From Octopus sinensis (lineage: Eukaryota): a DNA stretch of 64,000 nucleotides. The translations under genes and the position numbers were made by a program. A model generated the notes under the pieces. The model did not search any database. It saw nothing but the letters and a program-made list of their open reading frames with translations, and was not told the origin of the DNA. Below, one piece after another: positions 49,340 to 59,002 of the stretch. Where the stretch lies: assembly GCF_006345805.1 (NCBI RefSeq), contig NW_021832837.1, positions 1-64,000 of the forward strand, written 5' to 3'. Within the stretch, counting starts at the first letter, position 1. Each line of letters starts with the position of its first letter.

Positions 49340-50541
49340 CTAAGAATACATTTATAATTTTATTGGAATTTCCGCATGACACATTTATATTTGGCTTTAG
49401 CGTGAAAAAAGAAATGGTATGTCTCTATTTATTATTAGGAGCGTTAGCTTTTCAAACACTCGGTAATTTTAAATTTAATGTGAAATCTATCCATAGGCTA
49501 TCCATGGAAATTGAAAATTTTTTTCGAAGACATCCCTGTTTGCTTTATAATTAATAACTATAGAGAAACGATGTTTTAGCGACAAAACAAGTGATAATTT
49601 TTAGCTATATAATAGGCTCTCTCTGATGTAATTGAAATAACCGAAGTTGATAGTTCAAATGAATTAAATCACTTGGTTATCAAAATAGAGTTCGTTTTAT
49701 TATTTTTAATCTTTCAAAGTGAAGACAACAAAATTATGGATAAAATATACACCGAGGATGAGAGTAAAGTAATATACGTAAAATACAACAATAAAAATGT
49801 AATTAAAATTAAATTTATATAGAAATATTATGGAGCAATTCTATATAATATATTACACTTGTTTGGTTTGCCAAATTCGACAAATACAAATCATATTATG
49901 AATAATACTTTGTGGTAATTTTATGTCATTCTTATTTAAGTAATCGAATATTGTCACCAAATGAATTGGATTATCTTCAAAATATGAACCATCTTTCGAA
50001 TGACAGTATTCAAAAATTTAATTTTTAGCAACTTTATCACTTCTTTTGGAAAGTAGAATAACACCAACAGAAAAGCCAACAACAGTGTCCTTGAAAAGTA
50101 AAATAACACCAACAGAAAAGCCATCAACAGTGTCCTTTAAAAGTAGAATAACACAAACAGAGAAGCTAACAACAGTGTCCTTGAATACTTTAGAAAGTAG
50201 AATATCTATCAAATAATATCTTTTAGCCCATGAAAGCTTACATGGCTTTAATAATGGTAAAAACATTTATTTATAAATATTATTTTTTAAATCACTTTGT
50301 TAGACATCTCACTTTCTGCTTCTAACAAAAATTCGACTATTTCTAAAAATAATTCAAAATTCAAAATGCTGTATCTCATACCTATTGTCATTACACTTCT
50401 GATACTCTCGATCATTATCTTCCTTGTTGTCAGGAAAAAAAGAAAATCGCTTAAATCGGATAATTTAAAACGGTAATTTTAAATTCAAATTTTATTGAAA
50501 GATATCTATCTCAAAAGCAGCACCTAGTAAATTTAAACTAA
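49340..50541 (+). CDS. Putative type I membrane protein with mucin-like T/P/S repeats; 5' exons uncertain
   Basis: Three 45-bp repeats encode SRITPTEKPTTVSLK-like units. Downstream exons (30-, ~46- and 29-nt introns) encode the hydrophobic LYLIPIVITLLILSIIIFLVV followed by RKKRK and a short tail. Confidence 0.5.
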
Positions 50542-50656
50542 AATAATAATAAATTATTAATACTAACAAAGATTTTTTGGGTTTATAATTTTCATTTTTT
50601 CTATAATCATATAAACTTAGTTTATAATTGAAAATTACTATTAATTTTAAAATAAA

Positions 50657-51178
50657 TTAGCTCGCCTCGCTCACCGCGACCTAGCTCTTGCGGAGGGCCT
50701 GTTTCATCAAACAACTATAAATTTATGTAAATATATTAAACGATCTGGTTTGATGTAACTCTATTCAAACGCCTGTTGATAAAATATATTTGTTGTCCGT
50801 CCTTCCTTGGGATATATGAATAAATTTTCTCTTCTACCTACTTTTGGGCATCCACATACAGCTGTCCATAGGAAAAGAACTCGGTCTCTAAAAATAAATA
50901 TACTATCTTTAACGACTGTCTCTTAGCATAAACAGTTTTAATTAATTACCTTGAGCTGAGCTACCTCATCATCTGAGTCGAGGACATGCATGTTGTTCAT
51001 TTTAACCAACATCTAGAAAATATTTTTTTTAATTTTTTTGGTGAGAAGGTTTTAAGGACCTCATCATTGAGGATTTTTTGAAGGACCTCGTCAATTAGAG
51101 CTTGTTCCCTATTATTGGCAAATTATAAAGGGAAATGATTTTGACAATTTATCTGTAGTTTGCTAATTTAAAGTTGGC
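50657..51178 (-). mobile_element. Second copy of the Helitron family, internally deleted, with 1-2 satellite units
   Basis: Reverse complement reads ..acaggccctccgcaagagctaggtcgcggtgagcgaggcgagCTAA|T, matching 44085-44133, and contains atgatgaggtccttaaaaccttc and ttggttaaaatgaacaac. Confidence 0.82.
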
Positions 51179-51700
51179 TATCCTTGGTATCGATATGTCA
51201 AAGGCTTTTGACTGTGTCCGTCGTGACCTACTAATCGGGGTTTTGGAAAGCTTCCTAGAGGTGGATGAAGTGAGAATGATACAGTTACTGCTTGCTAAGA
51301 CAGAACTTCTGTTCGTATTGGGTCAGTCTCTTCCAGGCGGCTCAAAACGAATGTCGACACGCCTCAAGGAGATTTTCTCCCCCCTGCTATTTGTAATCTA
51401 TCTGGAAGCCGCCTTGAGAGATTTGAGAATTTTCTATAATGATTCTATTACCGAAATTGTATATGCCGACGATGTGGACTTTGCCTCGGACAACATAGAT
51501 GATCTAATTCATTTACTAAACAATTTTCCACGGATGCTTAACAAATGGTTCCTGATAATTAACACTTCCAAAACTGAAGTGACAGAGATAAAACGAATGG
51601 ACACCAGAATTGGTGAAACATGGTGGAACGTCAAAAAACTCGGCTCCCTACTTGGAGACAGTGAAGACATTTCTCGCAGAAAGATGCTTGCTCCTGCTGC
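51179..51700 (+). pseudogene. RTE-like reverse transcriptase fragment
   Basis: ORF 51174: DMSKAFD, SPLLFVIYLE, YADDVDF, NTSKTE and KKLGSLLG. Confidence 0.85.
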
Positions 51701-52392
51701 TCTTACTGTATTAACATCTAAAATATATGAAATAAAAAGATCGGAAGTTTGCAAAATGATTTTTAGGCAAGTTAAGTCATTGAGAACTGTTAAGTCATCT
51801 AAATTGTAGTTTAAACTATTAATGGCATCTAAACCTCCCATTACACCTATAATGGGACAGATATATTATCAATCTGGTGGATCTACGAAGATAATCGAAA
51901 ATAAACGATTCGTTCTCATGGGTTTGGCTTTATATATTTATAGAAAGATTATCGTACCTATCGACTCTTTTTTCAAATTTGGCGTAGTTGAAGCTGCCAA
52001 ATCAAAATTTGTAATTGACATTTCCGATATCATAAATGGGATTTTCTGCATAATTGAGTCGCCAATTATATTGCACATTGACAATGAAACAGATTTTTTA
52101 TTTCCATTTTGTCAAAGATGAAGAAACTCACTAAGAACACACAAATATACACATATCAAAATTATCTAAATTACAAAAATACTGGATTTCTGATTTAAAA
52201 TAAAATAAAACTAAGAATTTTTTGGTTACTTCGCGGACCAAGGAATTTTTAGGGCCAATGAGTTAAGTTTTTTTTAAATTTAGTATGTATGGAAAAGTTT
52301 AATTAGTTTCATTAATAATAATTTCTATATCAAATCCGGAATGAATAATTTTCTGTTTTATAATTATCGCAATAATAAAATTTCTGCTTTAC

Positions 52393-52795
52393 TATCACTA
52401 ACTTCAAATTAGCAAAATACAAATAAATTTTCAAAATCCTTTCCTTTTATAAATAGTCAATTATTAGGACTAAGCCTAAAATGATGAGGTTTTCAAAAAT
52501 CTTCCACCAAAAAACTAACATATCAAAAATATCCTCAATGATGAGGTCCTTAAAACCTTCCCGCCAAAAAAATTAGCTGGTCAGTTTGAAATATACAGAA
52601 AAATTAACTGAATCATCCAAGAATAAAATGATTCTATCATTTTTATTGATGCACCGGGTGGTACAGGTAAGACCTATCTTCTAAATTTATTGTTAGTGAA
52701 GGTGAAAAGCGAAAATCAAATAGCATTAGCATTCCCTTGAATTGCTGCAACTCTTTTAGATAGCGGTCGATCAGCACATTCAACTTTCCGTTCAA
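52393..52795 (+). mobile_element. Helitron-family repeat segment joined to a Pif1 helicase fragment
   Basis: acttcaaattagcaa..atgatgaggtccttaaaaccttccc matches copies 1 and 2; from ~52639 FFIDAPGGTGKTYLLNLLL..IAATLLDSGRSAHSTF (Helitron-type Pif1 motif I region). Confidence 0.8.
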
Positions 52796-52899
52796 CCTGT
52801 ATTACAATACTCAGCTGGTTTTTAATGTGAAAAAAATAAATTCCGGGTAGTAGAATTATGAAACGAAAAGTTTACATTCATTACATTACAAATGCAACA

Positions 52900-53780
52900 A
52901 AAACATTCATTCCAATATTAAAGAATCTTTTTTGTGGTTGCAGAAAGGCAATATAAGCCCAAGAAGTGAGGGTTTATATTGCTTACTGCAAGATAGAAAT
53001 CTGTTCTGGTCAAAACGAGATGTAAATTGTCCGCACTGCAAACTGGCTAAGAAGTCAGTCGACCACCTCGCTACATGATGTAACAGAATGCTGAATTGTG
53101 AATACACGAAGAGACACAATGAACTCGTAAGATGCTTGCATCTCCACCTATGTCGCCTCTTTGGATTAAAATCAACAAAAAGGATAAAATCACACTCTGT
53201 CCAGTCTGTCACATCAAACGATGTGGTAGAAATCAGAGTGGACACTACGATAAAAACAGAACTAAAGATACAATTCAATAAACCTGACATTTTAGTCTAT
53301 GACAAAAAAAGAAAACATGATAACAATCATTGAAATAGGAATTACGTCGCAAGACAACTTGCAAAAGATGGAAGTTGAAAAACTCCACAAATACGACCTA
53401 CTTGCAAGTGAGATCGGACTGTTACATAGTGCCAAAGTACAAATTGTACCAATTGTTTTGACGTTGGATGCAATTACAACTAAATTCTACCCGAAATATT
53501 GCCAAAAACTGAAGTTACCGGATAAAATTAAATCATACATACAGTCTGTTATTCTCAGAGCAACCTACCAAAGTATGAACACAAAATACAAATTTGGGCT
53601 TACCAATAGCGTCGGAAAAGACACCACAGATACATTGTGTGTCGATACTACCGATGTCCGCACTCCCAGAGCCAATATGTCCCAGAGCGGGAACAAGAGA
53701 CAAAGATTAGAATGACAAAATTAGTAACACTATACATAAACTATCAAATAACTAAAAATTATTTTAAATAAAATTTCACA
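52900..53780 (+). mobile_element. RLE non-LTR family 2, 3' portion
   Basis: WLQKGNISPRSEGLYCLLQDRN, CPHCKLAKKSVDHLAT, KRHNELVRC, NKPDILVYD, IEIGIT and EKLHKYDLL; frameshifted. Confidence 0.85.
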
Positions 53781-53825
53781 CAGAACGTGCACATTTTTAT
53801 CTTTGTCAGAATGTCCTCTTTAACT

Positions 53826-54550
53826 TTTTTTTTCATTTAATTTACACACAACAACAAAGTTAAGAAACATATTCGAGTGAAAAGGTAGAATTATGTTTAT
53901 GGTGGATATGTAGCCTGGCGGATTGCCAAACTGTTTCCGCGGATAATGGCGATCGAGAGCCGTTGCATTAGCCAGTTCGCCTCCCGAGGATCATGGGTGC
54001 GCATTGAGATTTTGGCTCCGAGCTTGCGAAGGAACTTTTCAGTTTTTGGACCGAGAGCACCCGACGTCTCAGCCGCGATCGGCACCACGGAAAACTTCTC
54101 CGAGAGGGCAGAATATTTTAAAAGCTTTAAATCTTCAGCCTTCTTAGCTGCAGATTTGGCCTCCAGGGCACACGAAGTTAAGTGAGAAGCAGAAAAGGTG
54201 TCGCAGCAGGTTGCGTCCCAAACGAGGCCTTTTCCGCCTTCGAAGGGGAAAAGGGTCATCCCGTCAGGACGTTTCCCGTCGCCGCGGTCAAGGCCCGGTG
54301 GTTCGAGAACCGAAGGAAATCCCGCCGAGTCGAGGGCCCTCCGTATGATGTCGTTCATGGCAGAGTGCCTCGGGAAACGTCCGGCACTCCTCCTGCACGA
54401 TAAAGGGTGCAGACCGAAAGGGTCAACAGTGCAGCCACAGCGGCACGTGTGCGAAACACATTGCCTTAGTCCGAGTCGCAGAGAGACTCCGATCCTTACC
54501 GCTTCATCGTCAAGGAGAGTGCCAGATGGGGCGTTCGGGAATGCACAAAG
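53826..54550 (-). mobile_element. CRE-like RLE retrotransposon 3' fragment (copy D)
   Basis: [30 protein letters not shown] and LMQRLSIAIIRGN; 11-bp TSD CCTCTTTAACT (53815-53825, 54551-54561); short A-tail. Confidence 0.9.
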
Positions 54551-54584
54551 CCTCTTTAACTATTTCAATAAATAAAAATACATA

Positions 54585-56039
54585 CACCCTTCGTCACTGA
54601 AAACCGGACAAGCTATTTTTGATGATTTTATTAATTAAATATGAAAAATCAAAAACTTAAGCTTAATATTTTTACTTAATAATAATAATTGTATAATAAT
54701 TATTAATTATGCTATTATAGAACTAATATTTAAAGCAGAATTTCAATTTACCTAAGACATGTAAAACCGGACAAAAATAAAAACAAGTCATTTAGTAGTT
54801 AATATGTCCACCATTTGCACTGAAAATTTTATAACATCTATTTTTCATAGACATTACTAGTTTTTTCAATAATTCTAGTGATATATTATTCCATATTTCT
54901 GTTAATTTGTCCTTTAGTTCATTTTTGTTTTTGACTACATTTTTTGATGATTCTCTTTTCATTTCTGCCCATAGATGTTCTATCGGGTTTAGATCCGGTG
55001 ATTGAGCCGGCCATTGAAGTAAAATAATGTTTTTTTCTTTAATATAATCTTGTATTATTTTAGATTTATGGCAAGGTGCATTATCTTGTTGTAAGATAAA
55101 TGAGTCTATTCTGAATTTTTTGATACATTCGAATATATTATTGGATAAAATATTAATATATTTTGCGCTATTCAAGATTCCATCAATAAAAACAAGATTA
55201 CCGACTCGGTTATACGGAAACTGCCCCAAACCATTACTTTTCCATCACCGAATTTTACAGTTGGGACAATATTGCATTTTTTGTATGCAGAACCATTTTT
55301 TATATACACTATTTGATGCTTATTGATATTAAAAATATCAAAAGACCATTCATCGGTAAAAATTACCGACTTCCATGTCTCGTCGGAAATGCTTAAAAAT
55401 GATTTCGTAATTTCACGTCTTAAAATTATATTTTTTGTGGATAAAAGAGGTTTTCTTTTAGCAGCTCGGCCATATAATCCTTTCTTATTTAAAATTCGAG
55501 ATACTATTCTTGTTGAAATTTTTTTTTGAACATAGTTTTAATTTCGATGCTAAGAGTTTTGGCACTTTTATTAGGGGTATTATTTGATAGTTCTACTAAA
55601 ATCAAAATTTCTTCCTCTTTCAATATTTTTTTCTCTCAGTTCCCGGATGTCTGTTAATTGATCCAGTTTTTTTGAATTTCTGAATCACATCTGATACAGT
55701 TGATTTTGGGACTCCTATACTTGTAGAAATCATTCGATAAGTCATATTATGATTATAAATGCAATAATTTGTCCTTTCAGGAAATCTGAAAGGTGACTTC
55801 TTCTTTGACTATACATTTTTAGCTTCTTTTCAACGACTTTTAGATCTATAAAAGTTTTGTCCGGTTTTACATGTCTTAGCTAAATTGAAATTCTGCGTTA
55901 AATATTAGTTCTATAATAGAATAATTAATACACAATTATTATTATTAAGTAAAAATATTAAGCGTAAGTTTTTGATTTTTCGTATTTAATTAATAAAATC
56001 ATAAAAAATGGCTTGTCCTGTTTTCGGTGACGAGGGGTG
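54585..56039 (-). mobile_element. Tc1-like DNA transposon with ~190-bp IR/DR-type TIRs, frameshifted transposase
   Basis: TA-flanked TIRs CACCC(T/C)TCGTCAC.. with internal direct repeat AAAACCGGACAA; HTH IGVPKSTVSDVI; catalytic motifs FTDE, QQDNAPCH and WPAQSPDLNPIEHLW. Confidence 0.93.
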
Positions 56040-56041
56040 TA

Positions 56042-56340
56042 TATCAAATTTGGATTCACTCTGATAACTTCTGGCGGTAAAATAAAACCACAATGTGTCC
56101 TATTTTATGAGGTTTTGGGGTCTACTTTACTTAAGCTGAGTAAGTTAAAAAGGCATCTGGAATCCAAATATCCTAGTTCAATACACAAGGATCTTGATTT
56201 TTTTAATTTAAAGCCACAAATTGAACAATTTCAGATTTGATCAATCTGGAATTTGGTCCAAAAATAATTCATCGGGCTTGAAAACCTCTTATCGAATCAG
56301 TATGAAAATTGCTTCTAAAAAGAAATCCCACAATCAAAGA
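56042..56340 (+). pseudogene. hAT (Buster/ZBED8-like) transposase N-terminal fragment
   Basis: YIKFGF..KPQCVL..EVL..LSKLKRHLESKYP resembles the Buster-type BED finger. Confidence 0.7.
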
Positions 56341-56552
56341 AAACGGTTGGCATTTTAGAATGAAAAAAAACACTAAACGTTTTCCTCAAGATTTCGAACA
56401 AATGCTGAGAACAGAACTTACGAAGATATGGAGAGTTACCTGAAGAATGGTTTTCGGATCATTGGGGCTGGTTAAAACTTCACCGGACTATCCATCCGAG
56501 TCTGTGTGTTTCAGAGAAAACGGGAAAATGTGAATTCTATAATGATGTATTA

Positions 56553-58408
56553 TGTCACATGGGTGATCAGACCCCTATGGGCAACCTGGCCTTTACGTGT
56601 TTCCACGGCAACTACATAGCAAATATTTACTAAAAGGCCAACTAAAATAAAGGCAATCGATCCGAACTAATGATTGAACTTTAAATTTTTGAGAAAATGA
56701 TGTTTTATATTTGAACCATGCTTGCTTTAAAATAATAAAATTCTTTACAACATAGCAAATTATAACGTGAATTATTTTTATTTTTGATAATATAAATTGC
56801 AACATTAGCAAATTATAATTTACATCAAATTTTTTGCAAGTTTGTAACAACTTTAACTCTAACTTTAACCCAAACCCTAACGTTGGCAAGTGACAACATA
56901 AATATTCAAAATCTAACCCTAACCTTAATCCAAACCCTAACGTTGGCAAGTGACAACATAATATTCAAAATCTAACCCTAACCTTAATCCAAACCCTAAC
57001 GTTGGCAAGTGACAACATAAATATTCAAAATCTAAACCCTAACCTAATCCAAACCCTAACGTTGGCAAGTGACAACATAAATATTCAAAATCTAACCCTA
57101 ACCTTATCCAAACCCTAACGTTGCAAGTGACAACATAAATATTCAAAATCTAACCCTAACCTTAATCCAAACCCTAACGTTGGCAAGTGACAACATAAAT
57201 ATTCAAAATCTAACCCTAACCTTAATCCAAACCCTAACGTTGGCAAGTGACACATAAATATTCAAAATCTAACCCTAACCTTAATCCAAACCCTAACGTT
57301 GGCAAGTGACAACATAAATATTCAAAATCTAACCCTAACCTTAATCCAAACCCTAACGTTGGCAAGTGACAACATAAATATCAAAATCTAACCCTAACCT
57401 TAATCCAAACCCTAACGTTGGCAAGTGACAACATAAATGTTCAAAATCTAACCCTAACCTTAACCCAAACCTAACGTTGGCAAGTGACAACATAAATATT
57501 CAAAATCTACCCTAACCTTAATCCAAACCCTAACGTTGCAAGTGACAACATAAATATTCAAAATCTAACCCTAACCTTAATCCAAACCCTAACGTTGGCA
57601 AGTGACAACATAATGTTCAAAATCTAAACCCTAACCTTAACCCAACCCTAACGTTGGCAAGTGACAACATAAATATTCAAAATCTAACCCTAACCTTAAT
57701 CCAAACCCTAACGTTGCAAGTGACAACATAAATATTCAAAATCTAACCCTAACCTTAATCCAAACCCTAACGTGGCAAGTGACAACATAAATATTCAAAA
57801 TCTAACCCTAACCTTAATCCAAACCCTAACGTTGGCAAGTGACAACATAAATATTCAAAATCTAACCCTAACCTTAATCCAACCCTAACGTTGGCAAGTG
57901 ACAACATAAATGTTCAAAATCTAAACCCTAACCTTAACCCAAACCCTAACGTTGGCAAGTGCCAACATAAATATTCAAAATCTAACCCTGACCTTAACCC
58001 AAACCCTAACTCGAAATTAAATGATGTTTCTGCTGACGATTCTTCAGACATTTTTTACAAAAATTGGAAGCCTTTTTGGCCAACCGGTGTTTGCTTCGAG
58101 CTTCATATCCTCCGGGAATATCCCGATTAACGCTTCCTTAATTTGATTGTATTCGTTAATATTTCTGACGTAACCCTTAAACCCAGACATCACAAAGTGT
58201 GAGTAACCACGCTGTTAAAATTAATATACTTTTGGGTAAGCCATTTTTAAAAGATAATTCAAATGTAATTTTAAATTAGAATAATTGATTAATCTACACT
58301 CTTCCATATATAAATTGCTATATTCAATATTTAATACCTTTTCTGCGGTTTCCATAGAAACACGTAAAAGGACTGGCTGCCCATAGCGACATAGTCGCCC
58401 ATGTGACA
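56553..58408 (-). mobile_element. Non-autonomous Ginger/TDD derivative carrying a satellite array
   Basis: Imperfect ~60-bp TIRs starting TGTCACATGGG; TSD TATTA (56548-56552, 58409-58413). Minus-strand ATG at 58190 gives MSGFKGYVRNINEYNQIKEALIGIFPEDM.., homologous to MSSYKGYVKNSLEYQILKDVLQDKFPEHL.. at 39917. Confidence 0.88.
56852..58012. repeat. 60-bp satellite, 19 units, half of each unit made of degenerate TAACCC hexamers
   Basis: Unit ccctaacgttggcaagtgacaacataaatattcaaaatctaaccctaaccttaatccaaa; the core gcaagtg occurs 19 times. Confidence 0.97.
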
Positions 58409-59002
58409 TATTATCAGTTTTAAAAAACGTTGAAGAAGGCGACAACAAAAAATTTGTGAATAATTTATTTAATTATCTACTCTAATCTGAAATTGAGGAA
58501 ACTCAAAATTAGATTTTGATAATTCCAATTTTTTTAGTTTCTTCAGCTTACTTGCTTTTCTCCCTTCGTCTTATAAAAGAGTCTACAAGCAATTTAAAAT
58601 ATCTTGCAGGCTAAGTTTAGGCTTGTAAGCAAATCATCTTATACATGAAAAAAATACGGTAATTTTTATTTTAGAACTCACACACTAATGTGGATTGATT
58701 TAAAAAAAATAATAATAGGAAAATTTAGAGACTGCTCATTTATTACTAAATATTTTGACTTAGTCGGGGTGTAGCCTTTAAAAAATGTCATTAACTGTAT
58801 CAGACATTCGTCATTGTGTTAAGATGACAATATACAAAACAATTTTTTCATTTTTATTTTTAAAAAATAAGGTGAGTTTATCAATTTATTTTGGATTGGT
58901 AAAATTTATTTGAGAATAAAATTATTTTGATATATATTAATTGTAGAAAAATAATCAAACTGATTAAATATAATAATAGATTTTTTGACGAAAAACAAGA
59001 TT

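Noticed and set aside
56852-58012. True chromosome end or CRISPR array
   Set aside because: The hexamers are degenerate, interrupted every 30 bp, and enclosed by TIRs and unique DNA on both sides; there are no spacers.
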